Shown: piece after piece, positions 45,834-55,121 of the stretch
How positions within the stretch are numbered: position 1 is the stretch's first letter
Layout of the letters: each line of letters opens with the position of its first letter
DNA from: Candidatus Xenobia bacterium
Lineage (GTDB): Bacteria; Vulcanimicrobiota; Xenobia; Xenobiales; QWHO01
Assembly (NCBI GenBank): GCA_045863235.1
Contig: BTUM01000008.1
Location: 72,767-136,766, forward strand
Length of the DNA stretch: 64,000 nucleotides
Direction of reading: 5' to 3'
The notes under the pieces: generated by a model
The model's input: only the letters and a program-made list of their open reading frames with translations
Databases searched by the model: none
Told to the model about the DNA's origin: nothing
Position numbers and translations under genes: made by a program

Positions 45834-46149
45834 TCTCACTTTCGCCCATCGAAAGGCGTTTCTCTTGTCCGGCCGTAACCAGGGTCAACCCTTCGGGGGT
45901 GATGCGCAAAACCCGAGTGCCTTCGAAGAAATCGCCCACATGCAGGATGCGGCTCTTCCCTCCGTAGCAGACGATGGCGGTGCAAGCACCATCTGACTCG
46001 AGCACCCCGGTCAGATTGAGATCGAGCCGACCCTGAGCGGGAGTTCGCGGCCGAACCGGCACGAACGGGTCCCGCAGGTTGTGGGTCTGAGCCAGCGAGG
46101 GACTGGCCAGGGTTGTGCACAGCAAGAGCCCAAGGCAAGCAAATCTCAC
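45757..46149 (-). CDS. PilP/GspC-like exported protein
   Basis: Signal peptide, RDPF motif, LTGVL...AIV...LHVGD...VLRITPEGLTL beta domain. Confidence 0.6.
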   Translation of the reverse strand: MRFACLGLLLCTTLASPSLAQTHNLRDPFVPVRPRTPAQGRLDLNLTGVLESDGACTAIVCYGGKSRILHVGDFFEGTRVLRITPEGLTLVTAGQEKRLSMGESEITLSFQYAWSYSLEPDAGYATARWK

Positions 46150-46201
46150 GAAACCCCCATCTGACGGCAAGATGACCATACGGTCGCAAACCGGGGCAAC
46201 C

Positions 46202-47467
46202 TTATTTCTTCCGCCGCCGAATTCGAGTGCGGTGACCCAGCAGCCGAATCAAGTGCTCGCGGCCCCCCTCACCAAAGCCATCGAAGACCAACCCGCAGCC
46301 TTCTCCAACCCGTGACCAGACCACGTGGCCCACCGCCCGCACGGGCGGGTCGAAGCCCATAGTGACCTCCAGGCTGTCCCCCACCCGCAGGTCTACGTCA
46401 GGAATGGCCATTCCCCCGGCGGAGACTTCGGCGATGCGGTGCAGGACCTGGCCTGTAGGCGAGCCCAGCGACACTCCGACGGTCAGCCCCAGGCGCGGGA
46501 AGTTGCGCCGTTCCTCTCCCAGGAACTCGGACTGAAGACTGACCCGGTTTCGCCCCGCCGATTTGGCACGATAGAGGGCTTCGTCAGCCCTTGCGAGCAG
46601 CCAGTTGATCACCTCTTCGTCGCCCGGGGAGTGACCCCAATCATCGTTGCTCGGGCGAGACTGATACCAGGACACCCCGATGCTCACGGTGACTTTTTCC
46701 TGCCGGCACTCTCGCTCCACCGCCCGACGCAGCTTTTCGGCAACCTGGGCGGCACCATTGGGGCTGGTGGAAGGCAAGATGACCACGAACTCCTCTCCCC
46801 CAAATCGAGCCACGACGTCGCCCTTTCGGGTCATCGAGTAGATCAGCGAGGCGACGTCGCGCAGGATTCGATCGCCTTCAAGATGGCCCAAACGGTCATT
46901 GACGGCCTTGAAGTGGTCCACGTCCAGCATCAGGCAAGCCAGAACCGGGGGACCTGGGCGAGAGAAACGCGACACGTGCTGACGCATCGACTCGAACAAA
47001 TAGCGACGCGAAAAGACTCCAGTCAGCTCGTCGCGCACCATGCGATCACGCAGGGCGATATGGCTGCGATAAATGGTCAACTGGGCCCCGATGCGTGCTG
47101 TGAGCAGCGCCGGCGAGCAAGGCTCGACCACGAAATCGTTGGCGCCGGCCTCCAATCCCTGAATCAAAGCCTCCTCGGACAGAGGTCGGGGACTGTAGAA
47201 GATGGTCGGAACGTGAACCAGGCTTTCATCCTGGCGCAACTTTCGACAGGCATCCGGTCCCAGTTGGCTGCTGAGCACGAAGAGCAGGGGGAACCAGGTC
47301 TGCGCCAGGCTCAAAGCTCGAGCGACGGTGGGCGCCCCCTCGACCTCAAAGCCCATGGCGACCAGCTGGCCTTTCAGGGGATCCAACCCCGGGCCAACCA
47401 GCAGCAGACGAGCGGGATGCTCGACCAGCATTGATACCACACTGGGCTTGGCGGTAGCGTTCTTCAC
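46202..47467 (-). CDS. Diguanylate cyclase: degenerate REC + GGDEF + PilZ
   Basis: DELTG, DVDHFKAVND..GH..GD, I-site RKGD, RFGGEEF; C-terminal ERRNFPR...EVSAGG; start may be 47431. Confidence 0.9.
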   Translation of the reverse strand: MKNATAKPSVVSMLVEHPARLLLVGPGLDPLKGQLVAMGFEVEGAPTVARALSLAQTWFPLLFVLSSQLGPDACRKLRQDESLVHVPTIFYSPRPLSEEALIQGLEAGANDFVVEPCSPALLTARIGAQLTIYRSHIALRDRMVRDELTGVFSRRYLFESMRQHVSRFSRPGPPVLACLMLDVDHFKAVNDRLGHLEGDRILRDVASLIYSMTRKGDVVARFGGEEFVVILPSTSPNGAAQVAEKLRRAVERECRQEKVTVSIGVSWYQSRPSNDDWGHSPGDEEVINWLLARADEALYRAKSAGRNRVSLQSEFLGEERRNFPRLGLTVGVSLGSPTGQVLHRIAEVSAGGMAIPDVDLRVGDSLEVTMGFDPPVRAVGHVVWSRVGEGCGLVFDGFGEGGREHLIRLLGHRTRIRRRKK

Positions 47468-47472
47468 ACTGC

Positions 47473-48567
47473 TTGATTCTGGCCCCGGTGAGGGGGAGTC
47501 CTCTTCAGCCCGGAGAGGGTCTCCGCCCGAGCCCGCGAAGCCGCTCGTTGGTGTTCTGGACCAAGAAACCTCGTATCGGCCTCGACCTGGGCAGCTATGC
47601 CCTCAAATGCTGTGTTCTCGACAGCAAAAGACAGTCGTGCTCGATCTGGAGTGAGGTGCTGTTGCCGAACCGCGAGTCCAGGGAGGACCGGCTCGAGGGC
47701 GAGGAGTTGCAGAGCCGGGTGCAGGCCATCTTGAAGGTTTGCGAGCAGCGCAGCAGTCACTGGTCGCGCCATGTCAACCTGTCGCTCGAGGACCCGGGCT
47801 GCGTGGGAGGCTACCTCGCGCTTCCGCCCCTGGCCCCGCAGGAGCTTCAAACTGCCATTCCGTCCGCCATCGCCAAGCAGATCCCCTACCCGCTCTCCGA
47901 GGTGGAGCTCTTCAACATGCGAGTGCCGGTCTTGAAGGGCAAAGGCGGCACGGGGATCTTCTTCGTGGCGGTTCCGCGAGGGCCCATGCAGGCGAGAGTC
48001 GCACTGCTCACCTCCCTGGGTCTGGAGGTCAAGTCAGCCGAGCCGGCCCTGCTGGCCCTGATCCGGGCTCTGGTGCGCAACCACGGCGACCTGACCGAGC
48101 CTATGGCGGTTGTGGTAGCCGGCCACTCGCTCACCAGCGTATTCGTGCTGCTGCAGGGCGTGCCTTACTTCGCGCGCGATTTCCGGCTGGGCGGCGCCGA
48201 CTTCACCTACGCCTTCCAGATGGCCGTGCAGGTCAGTTGGCAACGGGCTGAGGAGCTCAAACACAAAAGTGATCTGCGCCAGGAACGCAGCTATCATCTC
48301 GAGCCCTTCCTGGTGCGGTGGATGGACGAAGTCAAACGCTCGCTTGACCAGGCCCGGAAACAGGACGAGGCGCTCGCAGTCGGCCGCCTGCTGCTGACCG
48401 GTGGAACGGCCGCATTTATGGGCCTCGAAAGCCGCCTGCAGGAGCACCTGGGGCTGCCCGTCAGCACGGACGCCTGGAATCGCGTGCGGCACAGCTCGAT
48501 TGCGGCTGAGGTCGATGACTCGCTGGTTCATTACGATCTGGCGCTCGGACTGGCTCTGCACGAATGA
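47473..48567 (+). CDS. pilM: Type IV pilus assembly protein PilM-like
   Basis: IGLDLGSYALK, QIPYPLSEV, GGADFT, AEELK, LLTGGTA, ALGLAL; true start probably near 47548-47551. Confidence 0.8.
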   Translation: MILAPVRGSPLQPGEGLRPSPRSRSLVFWTKKPRIGLDLGSYALKCCVLDSKRQSCSIWSEVLLPNRESREDRLEGEELQSRVQAILKVCEQRSSHWSRHVNLSLEDPGCVGGYLALPPLAPQELQTAIPSAIAKQIPYPLSEVELFNMRVPVLKGKGGTGIFFVAVPRGPMQARVALLTSLGLEVKSAEPALLALIRALVRNHGDLTEPMAVVVAGHSLTSVFVLLQGVPYFARDFRLGGADFTYAFQMAVQVSWQRAEELKHKSDLRQERSYHLEPFLVRWMDEVKRSLDQARKQDEALAVGRLLLTGGTAAFMGLESRLQEHLGLPVSTDAWNRVRHSSIAAEVDDSLVHYDLALGLALHE

Positions 48568-50207
48568 GCGACTGGCTGGAGTGCCTGGATTCGGTCCCTA
48601 CCGAAGCTCTCGAGGAGGCGCGCCGCTCGGGCACCCCCTACCGCTGCCTGCTCGATGCAGGCCTGGCCACGGTCGGGCAGCTCCAGGTGGCCCGCTCGCG
48701 CTACTACAAGGTTCCCTCCCTGGAGCTAAGCCGCTACGTGCCCCATCCCGATTCGGTGGGCCTGCTGAGCGAGGAGCAGGCTCGCAAGCTGAAGGTTCTC
48801 CCTCTCTTCCAGGTCAAGGACCACCTCTACCTGGCCATTTCCGATCCGGAAGACCTGCGCACCCAGGATTTCGTAGCCAAACTGACGGGCATGGTGGTAG
48901 AGCCGGTGCTGGTCCTGCCCGAGGAGCTCGAGCAGGCCCTCAATCGCTGGTTGCTGACCGCCGACCGCGCCGGTCAGTTCATTCAGGAGATCGCTTCTGC
49001 CGCCCAGCCCCGCGCGGTGGACGGCAGCACCGAGGCGGGCCTGCTCGAGGACCGCGAAGCGCCCATCATCAAGCTGGTCGACCACATGCTCAGCCAGGCC
49101 ATCCGCCTGGGGGCCAGCGACGTGCACCTGGAGGCCTTCGAAACCCGCACCCTCTTGCGCTATCGCATCGACGGCGTGCTGCACGAGTACCCTTCGCCCC
49201 CCAAGAGCATCTACGCCGGGGTCGTCTCGCGCATCAAGATCACGTCCGGCCTGGACATCTCCGAGCGCCGTCTGCCCCAGGACGGGCGCAGTTCGCTGGT
49301 CGTGGACGGGCGCAAGTACGACCTGCGCGTCTCGGTCATCCCCAACCTGCACGGCGAGGGGGTGGTGATCCGCATCCTCAACCCCTACGCCCTCAAGCTC
49401 GACCTGGAGGCGCTGGGTTTCTCCCGGCAGTTGCTGGAGCGCTACGAGCGCCTCATCTCCAAGCCCTACGGCATCGTGCTGGTAACCGGGCCCACCGGCT
49501 CGGGCAAGTCCACCACCCTCTACTCCACCCTCAAGCGCGTCACCACGCTGGAGAAGAAGGTCATCACCCTGGAAGACCCCGTCGAGTACCAGCTCGAGGG
49601 CGTGACCCAGATCCAGATCCAGCCGGAGATCGGTTACACCTTCGCTTCCGGGCTCAAGGCCATCTTGCGCCACGACCCCGACATCGTGCTGGTGGGCGAG
49701 ATGCGCGACCTGGAGTCGTCTGAGATCGCCATTCGAGCCGCCCTGACCGGCCACCAGCTGTACTCCACCCTGCATACCAACAATGCTCCCCAGGCCATCA
49801 CGCGCCTGGTCGACATGGGGGTGGCTCCCTACCAGGTCATGGCCTCGCTCAACGGAGTGCTGGCCCAGCGCCTGGTTCGGCGGCTGTGCGACCGCTGTAA
49901 GGTGGTGGACGAGCGCCCCTGCACGCACGAGGGGCTGGAAGTCTCACCCGGAGCCACCCTGTATCGCCCCGGCGGCTGCACCGAATGCCATCAACTCGGC
50001 TACAAAGGTCGGGTGGCCGTGTACGAGCTGCTCGAGCTGACCCCCTCCATTCGGGCCATGGACGTGGCCCGGATCACGCCCGAGGCCATCGTGGCTCTGG
50101 CCCGTCAGGACAACAGCTTCCTCTCCATGGCTCGAAATGCCGGCGAGAAGCTGGAGCAGGGAATTACCAGTTTGGAAGAAGCTCTCACCATCGTGATGGA
50201 GGACTGA
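48564..50207 (+). CDS. pilB: Type IV pilus/T2SS assembly ATPase PilB/GspE
   Basis: ASDVHLE, LDISERRLPQDG, GPTGSGKST, TLEDPVE, LRHDPD, GEMRD, TGH.LYSTLHTN, CxxC...CxxC. Confidence 0.93.
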   Translation: MSDWLECLDSVPTEALEEARRSGTPYRCLLDAGLATVGQLQVARSRYYKVPSLELSRYVPHPDSVGLLSEEQARKLKVLPLFQVKDHLYLAISDPEDLRTQDFVAKLTGMVVEPVLVLPEELEQALNRWLLTADRAGQFIQEIASAAQPRAVDGSTEAGLLEDREAPIIKLVDHMLSQAIRLGASDVHLEAFETRTLLRYRIDGVLHEYPSPPKSIYAGVVSRIKITSGLDISERRLPQDGRSSLVVDGRKYDLRVSVIPNLHGEGVVIRILNPYALKLDLEALGFSRQLLERYERLISKPYGIVLVTGPTGSGKSTTLYSTLKRVTTLEKKVITLEDPVEYQLEGVTQIQIQPEIGYTFASGLKAILRHDPDIVLVGEMRDLESSEIAIRAALTGHQLYSTLHTNNAPQAITRLVDMGVAPYQVMASLNGVLAQRLVRRLCDRCKVVDERPCTHEGLEVSPGATLYRPGGCTECHQLGYKGRVAVYELLELTPSIRAMDVARITPEAIVALARQDNSFLSMARNAGEKLEQGITSLEEALTIVMED

Positions 50208-51418
50208 TGCCCCGCTTTCGCTATGCAGCTGTCGACAAGGAAGGCCAGGTGCACAAAGGCACTCTGGAGGCGTCCGATCAAGGCGCCGCCCTGAACACTC
50301 TGTCCTCTCACTATGAGATGGTCACCACCCTCAAGGAGGCCGGGGCGGGGGGGCTGGCGATGATGGTGCGCCGGTTTCTGGGTCAGCGGGTCAAGACCGA
50401 GGACCTGCTCGGCTTCACCCAGGAGCTGGCAGCCGTGGTGGGAGCGGGCGTGACCCTGAAGGCGGGACTCGATCTCCTCTCGGAGGACACTCACAACCCC
50501 AAGTTGCAGCAGATCGTGGAGAAGGTTTCCCGCCACGTAGAAGGGGGCGGCACCCTCTCCGAGGCCATGCGCGAGCATCCGGAAGCCTTTCCGCGCTACT
50601 ACTCCAGCCTGGTGGCCGCGGGGGAAACCTCGGGCACGCTGGCCGTGGTGCTCGACCGCCTGGCCCACCAGATCGAGAACTCGGAGATTCTGGCCGCCAA
50701 GGTTCGGGGCGCATTCTATTACCCCGGGATCATCCTGGCCTTTTCGGCCCTGCTCAGCTTCGTCATCATGACGGTGGGCATGCCCATGCTGGAGGGAATC
50801 TACAGCTCACTGGGTGGCACCTTGCCATGGCCTACCCGTTTCATGATCTCGATCAGCCATCTCCTGGGTAAGACCTGGTTCCTGTGGGCCCTGGTCGTCC
50901 CGGGCGGAATCTGGTTCATCGTAAAAACCCTCAACACCGACAAGGGCAGCCTGTGGTTCGACCGCTGGAAGCTCAGCCTGCCTGTGCTGGGAGAGCTCTT
51001 CAGGCACCTGGCTATCGCCCGTTTTGCTCGCAACTTCTCCACCGTGTTCTCGGCCGGCCTGGGCATGATCGACTCGCTGGAGCTGATCTCCACCACCACT
51101 GGCAGTCGCGTCCTCGAGCAAGCTGTCAAGGAGGCCATCGAGCCGATCACCCAGGGCCAGGGCCTGTCGCAGTGTCTGCGTGCCTCGGGTTTCTTCACCC
51201 CGCTCACGCTCGGCCTCTTGCGCTCGGGTGAGGCCACCGGGACCATGGACGTCATGCTGACCAAGATCGCTGACTTTTATGAGACCCGGGTCGAGCTTGC
51301 CCTCAAGGCACTGAGCTCGCTGGTGGAGCCGATCCTGATGATCTTCGTGGGCATCGCGCTGGGCGGGCTCATCGTGTGCATGGGGCTGCCCTTCCTGAAC
51401 CTCTCGGCGGCTTTCTAG
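50207..51418 (+). CDS. pilC: Type IV pilus/T2SS platform protein PilC/GspF
   Basis: MPRFRYAA start overlapping pilB stop (TGATG); AGETSGTL, YYP, GEATGTMD, LVEP. Confidence 0.92.
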   Translation: MPRFRYAAVDKEGQVHKGTLEASDQGAALNTLSSHYEMVTTLKEAGAGGLAMMVRRFLGQRVKTEDLLGFTQELAAVVGAGVTLKAGLDLLSEDTHNPKLQQIVEKVSRHVEGGGTLSEAMREHPEAFPRYYSSLVAAGETSGTLAVVLDRLAHQIENSEILAAKVRGAFYYPGIILAFSALLSFVIMTVGMPMLEGIYSSLGGTLPWPTRFMISISHLLGKTWFLWALVVPGGIWFIVKTLNTDKGSLWFDRWKLSLPVLGELFRHLAIARFARNFSTVFSAGLGMIDSLELISTTTGSRVLEQAVKEAIEPITQGQGLSQCLRASGFFTPLTLGLLRSGEATGTMDVMLTKIADFYETRVELALKALSSLVEPILMIFVGIALGGLIVCMGLPFLNLSAAF

Positions 51419-51422
51419 CCCG

Positions 51423-51818
51423 ATGAAGCGCATCTACGTCACCGAGGATTCGCCCACCCAGGCCCTGCGGGTGGGCAAGATCCTCCAGCTCATTCCCGAT
51501 TGCCAGGTGCGTTTCTTCAACGATGGCCTGGCGGCTTACCAGGAGGTGCTGCTCAACCCGCCCGACCTGCTGCTGCTCGATCTGATCCTGCCCAGCCTCC
51601 ATGGCTTGGCGGTGGCCCGTCTGCTCAAGTACCACGAGGACTACCAGCACATCCCCATCCTGATCTTCAGCTCCATCACCGAGCAGAGTCTGGCCGACTC
51701 GGTGGGGGTTTCGGGGGCCAACTCTTTCCTGCGAAAGCCTTTCGAGGCCGAAGACTTGCTCTACGAAGTACGCCGTCTGCTCGAGCTGCCCCAGGAGGCC
51801 GCCTCTCAGGGGAGCTGA
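51423..51818 (+). CDS. Single-domain response regulator (CheY-like)
   Basis: TEDS, LLDLILP, FSS, KPF. Confidence 0.88.
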   Translation: MKRIYVTEDSPTQALRVGKILQLIPDCQVRFFNDGLAAYQEVLLNPPDLLLLDLILPSLHGLAVARLLKYHEDYQHIPILIFSSITEQSLADSVGVSGANSFLRKPFEAEDLLYEVRRLLELPQEAASQGS

Positions 51819-52337
51819 TCAGCGCACGGCAACGGCCAGTTGCAGCAGCTTGGAGCTGGCTTTCAGCCCGGCGGCGTCGAGGGCCTTGGAGTTGATCGCG
51901 AAGCGAACCCGGTTGCGCTCGGTCACGAGGCCGATGGCGCCGCCCTTTTCGGTGAAGCCGGGAATGTCGCTGATGGTCAGCACGGAGAGGCCCTTCAGCC
52001 CCGTCACGATGGCCTCCACCTTGGCAGCCTCGGTCTCGGCCACGAACACGGCGGCACAGCTCCGGGCATCGCCCACGCTCTTGAGGGGCACGACGGAGAC
52101 CTTCTTCCCTCGAACCGTCTTGGCTTCCAGAGCCTTCAGCTCGCCGCTGATGGCGTGCTCGCCGAGCACCCCGACGACCACGGTCTCTTTCTCGCTGGGC
52201 CACTCCACGAACTTGAGGAAGTTGAGCACGAAAGCGCTCTTGATCTGATACTCGCGCGGCTGCGCCACGGCAGGCACCAGCAACAGCGCCAACAGAACCA
52301 GGGCGGGCAGACGACGGCTCAGAAGGTCCAATTCCAC
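51819..52337 (-). CDS. YfiR/HmsC (DUF4154) family periplasmic protein
   Basis: EYQIKSAFVLNFLKFVEWP, VLTISD, RFAIN, SSKLLQLA. Confidence 0.9.
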   Translation of the reverse strand: MELDLLSRRLPALVLLALLLVPAVAQPREYQIKSAFVLNFLKFVEWPSEKETVVVGVLGEHAISGELKALEAKTVRGKKVSVVPLKSVGDARSCAAVFVAETEAAKVEAIVTGLKGLSVLTISDIPGFTEKGGAIGLVTERNRVRFAINSKALDAAGLKASSKLLQLAVAVR

Positions 52338-53386
52338 GCTCCACTCAACATCCAGCGTGTCCGTAACTGGGGTCCTGAGAGATTCTGGTAAATGGGCACG
52401 CCTCCTTCCACCGAGAAGCGATGACCATGGCCCTCGTCATCGACTCCCAGAGCGAAGTTCACGCCCAGCAATGCGTCCAGCCGGGTGCCGGCCTGCAAGG
52501 TGGGATCGGAGTTCGGGTTGGCGGCCGGATTGAGCTCCGGGTCCCGGCCCCGAACGTTTCCCCAGGTCGAGCCGCGCAGACGCACAGAGGGACTGAACGA
52601 ATCGCTGACCCGGGGAGAGACCCAGCCGGTCACGGACAAATTGTCCGGGGGAGACCATCCGCGCGAGTTGCGGTAGGGATGAACCAGCCCGCGCACCTGG
52701 CAGCCCCAGTTCATGCTGTCGGTGTTCCCCAGGTAGGTCACGGCCCCGATCAGGTCGACCGTGCCCGAGCCGAGTTGCATGGGATACTCCAGTAGCTGGT
52801 TGGGATTGGTGGGCGTTGGGTAGCGCACGTCGATCTGGCCGGTGGGAAAGCTCAGCCCGCCTTCGACCTGGATGCGATGCGGATAGTCGTCGAAGAGCGG
52901 AGTGATGGCCGTGAGGCTGATGTCTCCCAGTCCATCCGAGTAGGTGGTGAAGGACTGCCCGGCGCGGTTGAGGTGGGGCATCGACATGCTGGTGTAGGGG
53001 ATCATCAGGTTCAAGGTCACGTCGTCGGTGACGCCGTACATGACCATCAGCATCGTCATGTCCATCTGCATGGAGGTGTGGATGGTAGGGAACTGGCCCA
53101 GAACCTGGGCGTTGCTGACCGAGGTGGTGCCCACCAGGTTGCCGTCTTGCTCGAGGTGCATCTGGGACAGGCCCACCATCCAGTCGCCCTCCCAGTGCCA
53201 GTGGGCGCCAGGAACAGTGACCTGGACCACGTCCAGCATCATCAGCTGCTCCAGGTCGAGGTCCAGCAGGTCGTCCGACCCCTGGGCGTTCTGACTTCCC
53301 TTGCCGCAGGTGGCGCAACCCTGCTGGGCCGCACCAGGCACAGAGAGAAGCAGCAAACCGAGCAAGAAAGCGACGATGCCTTTCAC
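52319..53386 (-). CDS. Outer-membrane beta-barrel of the Met/His-rich 'transporter' type, with N-terminal DLDLEQLM motif
   Basis: Signal peptide; GLGDISL, GLSFPTG, YPMQLGSGTVD; terminal W-x-W-x-F. Confidence 0.75.
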   Translation of the reverse strand: MKGIVAFLLGLLLLSVPGAAQQGCATCGKGSQNAQGSDDLLDLDLEQLMMLDVVQVTVPGAHWHWEGDWMVGLSQMHLEQDGNLVGTTSVSNAQVLGQFPTIHTSMQMDMTMLMVMYGVTDDVTLNLMIPYTSMSMPHLNRAGQSFTTYSDGLGDISLTAITPLFDDYPHRIQVEGGLSFPTGQIDVRYPTPTNPNQLLEYPMQLGSGTVDLIGAVTYLGNTDSMNWGCQVRGLVHPYRNSRGWSPPDNLSVTGWVSPRVSDSFSPSVRLRGSTWGNVRGRDPELNPAANPNSDPTLQAGTRLDALLGVNFALGVDDEGHGHRFSVEGGVPIYQNLSGPQLRTRWMLSGAWNWTF

Positions 53387-53490
53387 AGCGAGCCGCGATT
53401 CTGCCGCTCGAGGACAGGTTCCTGCCGTCCGGAAGGTCAACGCCAGGGGTGAGAGAATCTCAGCCGACTTTCTCGCGAGGAGGAGCCGAG

Positions 53491-55119
53491 GTGTCTGAAA
53501 TCTGGCAACGAGCCACCGACTTTGCCTGTCAGGAGCTGGGCTGGGGCCGGGCCCTGGTGGTGGACGTGGTGCGCTCAGCCACCGGAGCGACCCTGCAACC
53601 GGTTCACGCGGTCGGACTCGACCCGGCCGCGGCCTGGCAAGACGAATCGGTCAACGACCTCATCGACGAGGCCTTCTCGGCCAAAGCCTTGCATCGCGCC
53701 GAAGGCTGCTGGTGCTTGCCGGTGCTCGATCACCGCGGTCGGGTAGCCCTGCTGCTGTACGCTGACCAGCCGGCCACCCCCCCGCCACCCGATCTTTCGG
53801 CCCGCCTGCTGGCCGGGGCCAGCGAGTTAAGCCTGGCGATCGGCCAGGTGGGCCCGAGCGAGGGCCAGGCACTGGGCCCGGGAGCCCAGGTGGCAGGACG
53901 CTACGTGGTGGATCAGCAGCTGCTCTCATGCCGCTTCTCCACCCTCTACAGGGCACACGACCGGGCCACCGGCAGCTCGCTGGTGCTGCGCCACCTGGAA
54001 GACCCGGACAAGAGCCGCGAGGCGCGGCTGCAGACTCTGCGCGAGGGGCGCACGCTGCACCGCCTGCGCCACCGCAACCTGCCCCGCGTCCTGGACGTGG
54101 TCGAGGACCAGGGCCACATCTACGTTGTGCTCGAGGACGTCACCGGTATGACCTTACAGGCCACGGTGGAGAAAGAGGGCCCCCTGCAGCCCGAGCTGAT
54201 CCGCCGCTATCTCAAGCAGTTCCTGTCGGTGCTGGACTACTTGCACGGCCAGACGCCCCCCATCGTGCACCGCGACCTTCGTCCCGAGACGGTTCTGGTC
54301 AGCCGACACGGGGTGCTCAAAGTGGCCGAGTTCGGACTGGCCAAGCTGGGCCAGGAAAGCCAGGGCGGAGCTCGCACCGCCTTCAAAGCCCACGGGCATC
54401 CACGCTATGCCGCCCCGGAGCAGCTGCTGGGCGATACCAGCCATCCCCGCAACGACCTCTACGCGGTGGGGGCCATGCTCTACTTCCTGGCCACCGGCAC
54501 CGCCCCGCCCGAGGCGATGAAGCGCTTCAGTTCCAACAGCCCTCTGCCTTCGCCCGGGCCTGAGTTTCCGGCCGACCTGGCCGCGACCATCGACAAGCTG
54601 ACCACGGCCGACTCCAAAGCGCGCCCGCAGTCAGTGACCGAGGTGCTGCAGTGGCTATCGGCCGGGCCGACCCTGCCGGCCGCCGCGGTGGAGGAGATCT
54701 CCGTGCCGGAGAGCCTGGCCGCTTTGCCCGAGCAGCCCGCCCCGGCGGTGCCCCGCAAGCCGTCCATGTGGCAACTCCTCTTCGGCAAGAAGAAGGCTGC
54801 CGGGCCATCGGCCCAGGCCCGGGTGCCCCGGGTCGACCTGGCCAGGATGGACTTCGAGCGCGAGGTGGGGCGACTGTTGCCGGAAACCGTCTCGCGCGCC
54901 ATCGGCGGCGTGGCGGTGCGGCGCATCGGAGCCTCGGAGATCACCGTGGCCGTCAAGGACCCCTCCGACCCGCAGATCTACGACGCCATCAGCTGCGGAA
55001 CCCGGGGCCTTTATACGCCCACCGTGGTGGCGGCCGACCCCGAGCTGATCGACCGGGCCCAGGAGTTCATCTATCGCAGCGAGTTCGGCAGCTGGGTGCG
55101 CTTCTTGCAGCCCGCTTAA
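53491..55119 (+). CDS. GAF-like + Ser/Thr pseudokinase + PilB/GspE N-terminal-like domain
   Basis: HRDLRPETV, AEFG, YAAPEQ, DLYAVG; C-terminal LLPETVSR...VAVKDPSD; SD GGAGGAG. Confidence 0.8.
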   Translation: MSEIWQRATDFACQELGWGRALVVDVVRSATGATLQPVHAVGLDPAAAWQDESVNDLIDEAFSAKALHRAEGCWCLPVLDHRGRVALLLYADQPATPPPPDLSARLLAGASELSLAIGQVGPSEGQALGPGAQVAGRYVVDQQLLSCRFSTLYRAHDRATGSSLVLRHLEDPDKSREARLQTLREGRTLHRLRHRNLPRVLDVVEDQGHIYVVLEDVTGMTLQATVEKEGPLQPELIRRYLKQFLSVLDYLHGQTPPIVHRDLRPETVLVSRHGVLKVAEFGLAKLGQESQGGARTAFKAHGHPRYAAPEQLLGDTSHPRNDLYAVGAMLYFLATGTAPPEAMKRFSSNSPLPSPGPEFPADLAATIDKLTTADSKARPQSVTEVLQWLSAGPTLPAAAVEEISVPESLAALPEQPAPAVPRKPSMWQLLFGKKKAAGPSAQARVPRVDLARMDFEREVGRLLPETVSRAIGGVAVRRIGASEITVAVKDPSDPQIYDAISCGTRGLYTPTVVAADPELIDRAQEFIYRSEFGSWVRFLQPA

Positions 55120-55121
55120 AG

